Below are positions 27,598 through 36,294 of a stretch of 64,000 nt of DNA, piece by piece. The stretch lies in sequence record MF459647.1; one strand, given 5' to 3'. The translations under genes and the position numbers were made by a program. Within the stretch, counting starts at the first letter, position 1; each line of letters begins with the position of its first letter. Below the pieces are notes generated by a model, which saw only the letters and a program-made list of their open reading frames with translations, was not told the DNA's origin and did not search any database.

Positions 27598-28396
27598 CGA
27601 TCGCCACTATTCTGATATTGAAATGGAACAAAACGCGCAAGAAGAGAACGCCTCCTACTCTCCTGAACTGGAGCCGGAATTAGAGTTCCTGAAAGACCTG
27701 CGCGTTCACACCATCAACGGCAAGCTGGCACTGGGCGATGAAAAGCTGCCGTTTAACGTCGCCAAGATCTATTCTGAAAAGGAGTTCGTGGATGTTTGGT
27801 TGATGCAATTCGCACTGGGTAACCATTACGGCATTAACTACTTTAACCATCGCGAGTGGGGCAAAGAAACCAACCTGGGTACGCTGGCTGCCATGGTGGT
27901 TGACGACGAAGGCAAACCTGTGCTGTTCGTTCCGCCGGTTATCAGCACCAACATGACCGACCGGGATTACGAGCTGCTGCGCATGGCCAGCTGGACCGTC
28001 AACAACAACATGAACGACAACATGAAGAAGAACGATCCGAACGCCAGTTTAGACGTTGCTCGCAAGATTCATCAGCACATCACCCAAAAGGCGATGACGC
28101 TGACGGATTTGATTGTTCCGGAGTTCTATGCCAAGCACAACGTCGTGCCGGAAGTAGAGCAACAGGCTTTCTATCTGCGGGATGTTATTAATAACGGCGC
28201 GGTCGATATTAAAGACATGGTTGAAGTTCGTGAAATCCTGTACAAGGTACATCGTAACGAAGAACTCACCAGCGTAGAAAAAGAAAAGATCAATACGCTG
28301 TCGCGGGGTCAATTTGAGTTCACTGCACCGGAAGAAAAATCCACCGGCGGTGATGACGATACCGGCACAGATTCGTTTAACCCATTGGAGTGCTAA
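27590..28396 (+). CDS. Conserved hypothetical protein
   Basis: 268 aa, GAGGAG RBS, acidic termini. Confidence 0.7.
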   Translation: MHDDRHYSDIEMEQNAQEENASYSPELEPELEFLKDLRVHTINGKLALGDEKLPFNVAKIYSEKEFVDVWLMQFALGNHYGINYFNHREWGKETNLGTLAAMVVDDEGKPVLFVPPVISTNMTDRDYELLRMASWTVNNNMNDNMKKNDPNASLDVARKIHQHITQKAMTLTDLIVPEFYAKHNVVPEVEQQAFYLRDVINNGAVDIKDMVEVREILYKVHRNEELTSVEKEKINTLSRGQFEFTAPEEKSTGGDDDTGTDSFNPLEC

Positions 28397-28422
28397 CGGC
28401 ACTAACAGGGGATTAAAGCAGC

Positions 28423-29607
28423 ATGTTAACAAAAGTAAAGGAAGCGGTCAGCGAAGCACTTCATGGCGACGCACCCGTTTCTAACGGTCCCCTGAAAATT
28501 CTTTGGTGTTCGGACCAGCACTGTTTGCACAACAAAACCCCCACGGAACATATCCTGGCTAACCTGAGTCGTTTCTTCTATGTCGACAACGACCTGGCAA
28601 AAGTGGACATGATTGTGTTTGGTGGGGACTTCCTTGACCGTTTGGTTGAGGCCACTGACAAAAACCTGATGAAGGTGTTGGGTTGGATTAAAGTCTTTCT
28701 AAAGAAGTGCGAGGACCATAACGTAAAGGTCCGGTTCCTGGAAGGCACCAGTTCACACGACTGGGGTCAGCCCAAGCACTTTGAGTTTGCAGTACCGCAT
28801 GAAGCCGATGTGAAGTACGTTGACACCTTATCGGTAGAGACGTTCCCCGAGTTCAACAACCTCACCATGATGTACGTGCCTGACAACATGGGTAACCGTA
28901 CGCCGGATGAGATTTGGGAACTGGCGTTGCAGGTACTGAACCAGGCAGAACTGAAGGAAGTCGATTTGATTGCCTTCCACGGTGGTTTCTATTATCAGCT
29001 CCCGGAAAAAGCCTGGAAGCACGCTCACATGGAATCCCGTTGGGAATCGATTGTGAAGTACGGTATCTTTGCGGGACACATTCACATTCCGTCACACAAA
29101 GGTAAGATTTACTGTTCAGGGTCGTTTGATCGTATTCGCCATGGGGAAGAACATCCTAAGGGTGGGTACATTATCGAATTGGACAACGTTGCCGATACCT
29201 TTAAAGCCACGTTCTATGAGAATAAGAAAGCGTTACCTTATCTCACGATGTGGATTAACAAGGAAATGACTGCGGAAGATTTGGTGGAGAAGATTCACCT
29301 GTTCATTCGTAATCACAAGCTGCCGCCGCATTCGCAAATCAAAATTCGAAATGGGAACGGAGCAGTGGTCAATCCGGTGGTCAACATTCTATCGACGGAG
29401 TACCCGAAGTTGGGCTTCTCGGTGGAAAACGATTCCGAAGACGAAGCCGTTATCGACAAAACGTTGTTTGATCCAAATCTTTATCAGGGAGTGACACTGG
29501 ACGAAAACAATTTGTTTGACGCCTTGTACGCAGAAACCCAAGAAAAATTCAACTCTTTATCATTAAGCCGAGAAGAAGTCGAATCGGTCTTAAAGGAGTT
29601 TATGTAA
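28423..29607 (+). CDS. sbcD: SbcD/Mre11-like metallophosphoesterase nuclease
   Basis: SDQH, GGDFLDR, LEGTSSHD, FHG and GHIH phosphoesterase motifs. Confidence 0.88.
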   Translation: MLTKVKEAVSEALHGDAPVSNGPLKILWCSDQHCLHNKTPTEHILANLSRFFYVDNDLAKVDMIVFGGDFLDRLVEATDKNLMKVLGWIKVFLKKCEDHNVKVRFLEGTSSHDWGQPKHFEFAVPHEADVKYVDTLSVETFPEFNNLTMMYVPDNMGNRTPDEIWELALQVLNQAELKEVDLIAFHGGFYYQLPEKAWKHAHMESRWESIVKYGIFAGHIHIPSHKGKIYCSGSFDRIRHGEEHPKGGYIIELDNVADTFKATFYENKKALPYLTMWINKEMTAEDLVEKIHLFIRNHKLPPHSQIKIRNGNGAVVNPVVNILSTEYPKLGFSVENDSEDEAVIDKTLFDPNLYQGVTLDENNLFDALYAETQEKFNSLSLSREEVESVLKEFM

Positions 29608-30390
29608 ATGGGGCGAGATGTCGGAACACTGGGTATGTCCGCAGGGACATCCTTGGCGTTTGAAGCAGAGGGAGCGAGCGCGATAGTTAGCGCAGACTCC
29701 TTGCTGTTCAATCTCCGTACGCTCATCCGTAATGCTTATGAATCGTTCTCCTCAGTCACCCCAACCGCCAAGCAGGTTATTGCGTCGGTAAAGGATGATA
29801 TTGTGAAGATCGGTAAGTGGGTAGAAGACCATCGAGGGACACGGCCTATCTCGATGACCATCTACTATCCCACGTACAAAAGCCTTGCACGAGTGTACAA
29901 CAAAGCTGATTTGTGGGTTCCAACCAAAGACCATCAACTGGCTTACGCCAAACTGGTCGAAGAGGTGGGCAATGCATTGTGTGACCAATACAAGGGATTG
30001 ATTAAGCAGGTGGATTGTGACTTCCCCAGCTTCTCCGGTCGCGGTATTGTGATGACACACCATGTAGTAGACCTGACGTTCACGACAGGCACTACCCGTC
30101 TCTATCTGCTGGAATCCCACACCGGGAGTCTGAAACCGTACACACAGTGGTACACGAAACTCACCGGTGGGTCAGAGTTGTTTTATATGCCCTTTAATCA
30201 TTTGACCATTCAAATCTTCGGAGATCGTTCCACGAATTTCAAATCATCGAAGATAGGGATTAAGAATGTATTAAAGACAATCGCCAAAGATGCGCGCTGG
30301 ACATCTGCAACCAGCTACGAACGTGTAAAGTTCACTATCCGCAATTTGCCTGCGGGCACGGATAAAGCTGGACTGCTCATGCTATTATAA
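29608..30390 (+). CDS. Conserved chimallivirus protein (phiKZ gp66 position)
   Basis: 260 aa, AAGGAG RBS; DSLLFNLRT weakly recalls PIN/FEN-like folds, but catalytic residues are not evident. Confidence 0.65.
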   Translation: MGRDVGTLGMSAGTSLAFEAEGASAIVSADSLLFNLRTLIRNAYESFSSVTPTAKQVIASVKDDIVKIGKWVEDHRGTRPISMTIYYPTYKSLARVYNKADLWVPTKDHQLAYAKLVEEVGNALCDQYKGLIKQVDCDFPSFSGRGIVMTHHVVDLTFTTGTTRLYLLESHTGSLKPYTQWYTKLTGGSELFYMPFNHLTIQIFGDRSTNFKSSKIGIKNVLKTIAKDARWTSATSYERVKFTIRNLPAGTDKAGLLMLL

Positions 30391-30456
30391 ATAAATACTG
30401 GCGTCCTATCTCTATAGAGTGAATGCCGGCATTTTCAGAATTTAAGAGGAAATATC

Positions 30457-31218
30457 ATGTCAACAGGACAACGTCAGTTTGCGGGTAAGCCGCGTAAAAA
30501 GAACATGCTTAACGACTACCGTCAGCCGCTGCCGTGCAGTGATGAGCCGATGCCTGGTTCTAAGTATCCCGCTCAGCTGATGTGGGAACAGAAGGCCAAC
30601 GGTAACATCGTTCTGAAAATCGCCGATGGCGTGTTCCAGGAAAACGCGAAGGGTAACCATAAAGAAGCAGAGATGGTTGCCGCAGACCGCAACATTCTGT
30701 TCCAGGCGCTGCTCGATGCCGCGGATAACCCGAACTTCGGCTCCAAGCAGATTGCCGTACGTAAAAAGCAATTCGTATTCCAGGGTGGTCAGCGCCGCAT
30801 GTCCGACCAGCCGGTGGTGCAGTGCTACCTGACCATCAGCCGTAACGAGCGCGGTGTGACCCTGGGTTACTCCAAAGGTGACTACAAAGTCCTGATCCGT
30901 TTCCGTGGTCCGAACGACTCTACCGTGTTCGTGAAGAACGAAGCTGGTGAGCGTATGGAAGACCACGGTCTGATGTCACGCTGGGCGGTGAAAGGCTACG
31001 TAGGTTTCCATCAGCCAATTCTGGACCAGATGGAACTCACCGGTTGGGAACCACCGAAACCTCGCGGTGAGCAAGGCGGCGGTGACAGTGGTGGTGGTTA
31101 CGGCGGTGGTAATGGCGGCAATGGCGGTTACTCCGGCGGTGGTTATTCAGGTGGCGGTAACGGCGGACAGTCTGCTCCGGCACCACAGGGTGGCTTCGAT
31201 GATGACATCCCGTTCTAA
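30457..31218 (+). CDS. Abundant protein with Gly-rich linker and bacterial SSB-type C-terminal tip (phiKZ gp67 position); putative ssDNA-binding protein
   Basis: Ends GGFDDDIPF after a ~45 aa Gly-rich linker; high-expression codons; own terminator at 31259-31278. Confidence 0.7.
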   Translation: MSTGQRQFAGKPRKKNMLNDYRQPLPCSDEPMPGSKYPAQLMWEQKANGNIVLKIADGVFQENAKGNHKEAEMVAADRNILFQALLDAADNPNFGSKQIAVRKKQFVFQGGQRRMSDQPVVQCYLTISRNERGVTLGYSKGDYKVLIRFRGPNDSTVFVKNEAGERMEDHGLMSRWAVKGYVGFHQPILDQMELTGWEPPKPRGEQGGGDSGGGYGGGNGGNGGYSGGGYSGGGNGGQSAPAPQGGFDDDIPF

Positions 31219-31302
31219 CAGGAAGTAGTCTATAACTCTTATATACCAACAACCTTTGGGGGAGACCGCAAGGTCTCCCTCCCTTTTTTACCCTTTCGCA
31301 AT

Positions 31303-31333
31303 AATTTTTCAGCACTACATTATTAGTGTGTAT
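31303..31333 (+). promoter_or_regulatory. Phage early-type promoter
   Basis: AATTTTTCAGCACTACATTATTAGTGTGTAT. Confidence 0.75.
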
Positions 31334-31365
31334 AAGAACATGTAATATTCCTCAGGAGAAGAATT

Positions 31366-32928
31366 TTGCTTATTATCGAATCCACCCGCAGTTCGAAGAA
31401 GACCCTTGACGGTGTCGTGGTCTCCTATAACGGACAAACATTACGGTTTAACGGGAAAGCCACCATTAAGCTAGAGCGTTCGTTTAAGAGTGCAGGTGAT
31501 GACGCTGAAGAAGCGAATCTGTTTGACTGCCAAAACGAATACATCGAAAACACGTTCACCAAAGAACAAAAGATTGCGCTGTTCAACTGTTATCAGCGTG
31601 GTTACGATGTGGTTGAAAACGGTAAGTTCTCCGACTACCAATCGGAAATCAGCAAGCTGGTACCGATTATTAACGACATCTTTGAAATCATCAATCCCGA
31701 CAAGTTCTTCTACTTTATCCAGGTAAGCCGACACCTGGTGGTACCGAAAGAACTCAGCGTCGCGGCCAGCAAAGGGGATTACCCGGAAGAAACCACCCTG
31801 CTGGAAAAAGATTACATCGAACTGGCGAAGATGACCTTCCTGGTCCGTACGGTGTATCCGGTACTGTTCTCCTTACTGGCACGCTTTGAAGATCTGATGG
31901 GCGGCGGGTACAATGAACTGGTTGCCGGTAAGCTGCTGAAAGATTCACCGCATGTGAAACACACCGCGGGGTGGAATCGCCTGGTACAGTACGTACAGTT
32001 CACCTTCACCAAACACGGCGTACCGCAACAGTCTGTGAACGTGGCCAGCATGGAACACTTCATGGAACGTGTGGTGTACCGCACTATCTTTAACCGTCTG
32101 TGCTGTGCGGTGATTCCGGAAACGGAAGAAGGCAAGAACATTGCTACCGCTATCTCAGCCGAAGTGCGTCAGTGCGAAGCGTCCACCGGAGTCTATAAAC
32201 GTAAAGAAGCCAGTTACGATGCAGACGACGATAAGCGCTCTCACTACGAGAAGTACCAAATCAGTGAAACCGTGAACTCGGCCAAAGAAGCTGCACAAGC
32301 AGAATGGTTCAGTTTCGGTCTCTACGATGAAGAAGATCGCCCACGCTTTAATAACCGCTTTATGCATCAGTGTAAAGCATTGGGGATTAAGCAGGAGCAG
32401 TTAGTTGACCAGGTGTTTGATAATCTACCGACTATCTGGGATTTCGAGTTAGGCCAACACATCGTCAAGATTTTGCAGTTGACGTACATGGGCAAGCTCT
32501 CTCCCAATATTTATTACGCCTGTTCCTACGAGCAGCTCATGGCAGCGATTGCCATTGCGCAGGTCTGGTTAGCAGAACGCGGGTACTATTACCTGCCGTC
32601 TGTGTTGGGTGCAATTCCTACCGAAGACGGAGTCCGTACTCTGGCTGACGTAATGAAGCTCAACACCGAAGACCGCGAAGCCCTGGATGCCATTTGTGAC
32701 GTACAGGCGAAAAACAACGAAGGCCGCTCAAACAATGAAGCGGTGCTCGCAGCTGCTGAGTTCCTCGATAACTTTGGCAACGGTATCTGGAAGACCAACC
32801 TCGAGTTGGGTGTACTTCAAGAACCGGAAGTCTACGGTCGTGTGAAGAAAGGTTCACTCTTCCCGCTGGAAATCACCAAAGAGATCAAAGAAGAATTCAT
32901 GCGTTTAATCATTGAGTCCAATACTTAA
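31366..32928 (+). CDS. nvRNAP promoter-specificity (sigma-like) subunit, phiKZ gp68-like
   Basis: 520 aa helical protein, TTG start with AGGAG RBS; position between the gp67-like and PicA-like genes; assignment mainly by synteny. Confidence 0.72.
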   Translation: MLIIESTRSSKKTLDGVVVSYNGQTLRFNGKATIKLERSFKSAGDDAEEANLFDCQNEYIENTFTKEQKIALFNCYQRGYDVVENGKFSDYQSEISKLVPIINDIFEIINPDKFFYFIQVSRHLVVPKELSVAASKGDYPEETTLLEKDYIELAKMTFLVRTVYPVLFSLLARFEDLMGGGYNELVAGKLLKDSPHVKHTAGWNRLVQYVQFTFTKHGVPQQSVNVASMEHFMERVVYRTIFNRLCCAVIPETEEGKNIATAISAEVRQCEASTGVYKRKEASYDADDDKRSHYEKYQISETVNSAKEAAQAEWFSFGLYDEEDRPRFNNRFMHQCKALGIKQEQLVDQVFDNLPTIWDFELGQHIVKILQLTYMGKLSPNIYYACSYEQLMAAIAIAQVWLAERGYYYLPSVLGAIPTEDGVRTLADVMKLNTEDREALDAICDVQAKNNEGRSNNEAVLAAAEFLDNFGNGIWKTNLELGVLQEPEVYGRVKKGSLFPLEITKEIKEEFMRLIIESNT

Positions 32929-32958
32929 TTTAATTGTAATTAGGAGCATAGAAAAATC

Positions 32959-34398
32959 ATGGCAGAGATCCGCTTAGAAGAAGCTATTTTCGGTATGTCG
33001 AACAATAACCACGTTCACGTTCACCGTCATAACCAACTGTTGCTTGACCCTCAACAGGTCGACCAACTCAAAATGGAATCCATGGGGGGTGGTGTACGTT
33101 CTTCCACCCTTAACGATATTGCATTGAAAGCCGGTAGTCTGAGTACCGTTGCTCAAGGTGCGGTTGATTTAGAAGAAGGCTGGAACCTGCGCCGTGGGTT
33201 AGGCATGCTGCGTTTCATGGTTACTCAGAACGGTCTGGTAGAAGAAGAGCTCTGCATCCTGGGCTATCTCAAAGGCGGTTCCGCATCCGTAATGGGTATC
33301 GAAGGCCACACCATGTTTGTGCCGGTGCGTTCCTGGAGCAAGGTAACCGAAAACAAACAGAACCCGCTGGACGGTATGGACTATTCCCAGACCACCATCA
33401 ATGACTCCTCACAGTTCCTGATGGGTGACCCGGGTCAGACCAAACGTCTGCAATCACTGCGTCCGATTGACATTGCGGATTCCGTGGTAGGCTACGCCGC
33501 AGTACAGGCAGAAGACAGTGGTCCGAAAACCTTCGATGGCAACATCGGCAGCGACCTGCAGGTAAACGGCATCACCGTCTCCAAAACCCACAACCTTAAT
33601 CCGGTGTTCCACAGCCGTGAACTGATTAAGATGGCGTCCAATGTGCTGGGTGATACGGCAGCACAATACGGCACGCAGTATGCGTTGACCGATGCCACTG
33701 CTGCACCAGGGTTAGGTGAAATGCACCCGACTGAAAACCCGTTCCTGCGAACCATGCAACACCAAACCGGTATGCATACGTTCCGTGGGTTCGACGGGTT
33801 TACCATGGACGAGATTGCCGCGGTGTTCGCTAACCTGGCAGACGTGTTGAATGTTAACCTGCTGGATGAAACATCTTATCCGGGCGTCGATAACACAGCC
33901 ACCTCCAACGAGTACGGTACTTCTTCACCGTACGAAATCCTGGGGTCCGAACTGGCGTACATTACTGTACACTCATTGATCCAATGCGGTCTGATGTCAG
34001 TAAGCTTCTCGGCGACCAACGACTTCAGCGAAACAGGCGGTCTGGCTAACAACAACGGCACGGTATTCATCCCAGGTGAATCCATGTCCTTGCTGAACCA
34101 CGATGATGCACTGGCGGCGCGTGTGGAACGTTTCATGAACCTGGTGGACCAGAACTTCTTCACCAAGCTCAATGGCCCGTATCACCACAACCGTACCATC
34201 GTCGGGGTAAAAGTGGAATCGTATCTGTTCGGTGAAACCGTTGTGGAAATCTCCCTGAACGGTAACTTCAACGACCAGCGCCGTTACGTAAACGCAACCT
34301 TCGCTATTAACCGTCACAGCACCAACATCGGTGCCAACCAGGTTTCGGTCGACCAAGCCACTAACTTCTTCGAAAGCATTCGCAACTATTTACAATAA
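32959..34398 (+). CDS. picA: PicA/Imp1 phage-nucleus protein import factor (phiKZ gp69-like)
   Basis: 479 aa, AGGAG RBS, between the gp68-like gene and the gene before nvRNAP beta; assignment by synteny and size. Confidence 0.62.
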   Translation: MAEIRLEEAIFGMSNNNHVHVHRHNQLLLDPQQVDQLKMESMGGGVRSSTLNDIALKAGSLSTVAQGAVDLEEGWNLRRGLGMLRFMVTQNGLVEEELCILGYLKGGSASVMGIEGHTMFVPVRSWSKVTENKQNPLDGMDYSQTTINDSSQFLMGDPGQTKRLQSLRPIDIADSVVGYAAVQAEDSGPKTFDGNIGSDLQVNGITVSKTHNLNPVFHSRELIKMASNVLGDTAAQYGTQYALTDATAAPGLGEMHPTENPFLRTMQHQTGMHTFRGFDGFTMDEIAAVFANLADVLNVNLLDETSYPGVDNTATSNEYGTSSPYEILGSELAYITVHSLIQCGLMSVSFSATNDFSETGGLANNNGTVFIPGESMSLLNHDDALAARVERFMNLVDQNFFTKLNGPYHHNRTIVGVKVESYLFGETVVEISLNGNFNDQRRYVNATFAINRHSTNIGANQVSVDQATNFFESIRNYLQ

Positions 34399-34411
34399 GG
34401 TATCTGAACCA

Positions 34412-35821
34412 ATGAATGAATTAAACAAACTGTATTCCGCCATGTGGAAGTCCTGGGGTGGTGTCATCAAGGAAGATGGCCGCATGGTGCTGGAAGTGGA
34501 AGGTAGTGAATACCCGGTGCGTATCGACGAGATGGACATGTTCCTGCCGTTGAGCGAAGTGCTGGAAGGTCAGACCATGGGTAAAGTGTTCTTCCACCCG
34601 GCCTGTGAAAACATCACCTCCAAAGAAACCGAAGTCTTTAAGGTGATCCGCAAAATCGCACCGATGCGTCTGCTGACCATGTTCCGCGAGTACCCGCTGG
34701 TGCTGCTGGATGTGGCTACCCGTAAGACCAAGAAAACCTGGCGTCAGGATATTCTGGACTTGCTGGACCCACTGAGCAACGTTAAGAAGAACGTGCGTGA
34801 CGAACTCAAGATGCTGTTCTCTCGCATGCACATTGAAGTGGAAAACGAAGGCGTCGACAACCGCTTCATTCACTTCAAGGTCAGCAAAGGTGGCGGCCGT
34901 TCTAAAGTCACCGGCGAGAAGGTGTACTACAAAACCAAACCAAGCTTCCCGTTCTATAATGAAATGGTGAAGAAGCTGGCACGCAGTGAAGGGATGGCGG
35001 ATAACCAAACGGTTGAAGTCAATAACTTTAGCGTGTCCCGTGGCGCACTGAAAGTGGCGGTTGATCTGTTCCAGGGTATCCTGCCGGCGGTAATGGCTCC
35101 GGATGACTACGAGTTTGAATCCACCCAACCGGTGGCAGCACGCTTGACGTCGTTCCTGATGTGTTATGCAGAAATGGCTGAACAGCTGAACCGTCTGCAG
35201 AACAACTTCCGCGCTGACTTCGATAAGAAGGGTATTTACCCAATCGACGTAAGCTGGGTAGAGCACCTGGAAAACCTGCCGGACATCTATCGTCAGGTAC
35301 CGCAGATGGATTACAACTCGCACAACACGCAGGAAGAATCCACCAATGGTGTCAACCAGGGCAACCTGGGTAACATGCTGAGCTTTAACAGCAACAGCAA
35401 CAATACCCAACAGCAACAGCAGAACCCGCAGCAGCAAGTGACCAATCAGATGGCACAGGCGCAGGGCTTTGATACCACCGCTCCGATGATGCAGCCGGGC
35501 GATGACTATCAGAACTTTGACATCGATTACAACACCAACTCCGTCATGCACTATGCACGTAACCGTTCTACCGGCATGACTGTATTGTACCGTTGTTCTC
35601 GTCGTGGTAACCTGATTGAGCGTCGCGAGCTGTATCCGCAGCAGCAAGGCGGTATGATGGGTGGTATGGGCATGGGTATGCAGAACATGATGCCCAATGG
35701 CATGATGATGATGATGCCTAACGGGATGATGACCATGATGCCGATGTCAGCACCGACAGCGGGTTCTACCATGAACAGCATCCAACCGGGCAGCTACGAT
35801 AACACCCCAGCGGTGTTCTAA
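34412..35821 (+). CDS. Conserved protein (phiKZ gp70 position) with Q/N/M-rich low-complexity C-terminus
   Basis: ATG at 34412 with AAGG RBS; tail QQQQQNPQQQ ... MMGGMGMGMQNMMPNGMMMMM. Confidence 0.72.
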   Translation: MNELNKLYSAMWKSWGGVIKEDGRMVLEVEGSEYPVRIDEMDMFLPLSEVLEGQTMGKVFFHPACENITSKETEVFKVIRKIAPMRLLTMFREYPLVLLDVATRKTKKTWRQDILDLLDPLSNVKKNVRDELKMLFSRMHIEVENEGVDNRFIHFKVSKGGGRSKVTGEKVYYKTKPSFPFYNEMVKKLARSEGMADNQTVEVNNFSVSRGALKVAVDLFQGILPAVMAPDDYEFESTQPVAARLTSFLMCYAEMAEQLNRLQNNFRADFDKKGIYPIDVSWVEHLENLPDIYRQVPQMDYNSHNTQEESTNGVNQGNLGNMLSFNSNSNNTQQQQQNPQQQVTNQMAQAQGFDTTAPMMQPGDDYQNFDIDYNTNSVMHYARNRSTGMTVLYRCSRRGNLIERRELYPQQQGGMMGGMGMGMQNMMPNGMMMMMPNGMMTMMPMSAPTAGSTMNSIQPGSYDNTPAVF

Positions 35822-35837
35822 CTCGCAACATAACCCC

Positions 35838-35867
35838 TACCCCAGTACCCGTCAAGGTACTGGGGTA
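35838..35867. terminator. Bidirectional terminator
   Basis: TACCCCAGTACC-CGTCAA-GGTACTGGGGTA between convergent genes. Confidence 0.78.
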
Positions 35868-35887
35868 AAAGGAGATTGTATTCTTTT

Positions 35888-36214
35888 TTAACTGCGGACA
35901 GTATTCTTACGGGCTATGACGCTTTCCAGCTCAGATTCATTAAGGGTACGGATCTCTTTCAGTCCGCTGATATCCATAAAGGGATCTTCAATACCGTTAA
36001 TAAAGGCAGTGGCCCAATACAAATGTGGCGGTATGCCTTCGCTGCGAAGTAAACGGTAGAAATCAAACCGATACATCTGCACCGAATAACGATTAATGAT
36101 CGATTTGGTTCCCGCAGACTTCAGTAGCAGTTCTTTCTCTGACCGCACCAGGGTTTTAAACTCTTCGGTGTAGTAGAAGGCATACAGTTCGTTGTAGCCG
36201 GTTTCAATAGGCAC
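35888..36214 (-). CDS. Small LysM-like protein, possibly a T4 gp53-like baseplate wedge protein
   Basis: DFYRLLRSEGIPPHLYWATAFINGIEDP matches the gp53/LysM-type Y..lW.i...N.i.dP pattern; AGGAG RBS on the minus strand. Confidence 0.55.
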   Translation of the reverse strand: MPIETGYNELYAFYYTEEFKTLVRSEKELLLKSAGTKSIINRYSVQMYRFDFYRLLRSEGIPPHLYWATAFINGIEDPFMDISGLKEIRTLNESELESVIARKNTVRS

Positions 36215-36231
36215 GTCTTAATCTCCTATGC

Positions 36232-36262
36232 AATTTTAGCACTATATTATTAAATTGTAAAT
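36232..36262 (+). promoter_or_regulatory. Phage early-type promoter of the nvRNAP beta operon
   Basis: AATTTTAGCACTATATTATTAAATTGTAAAT; shares TTAGCACTA/TCAGCACTA with the 31303 copy. Confidence 0.7.
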
Positions 36263-36294
36263 GGACAAGTAGTTTCACTAAAGAGGTATAATTA

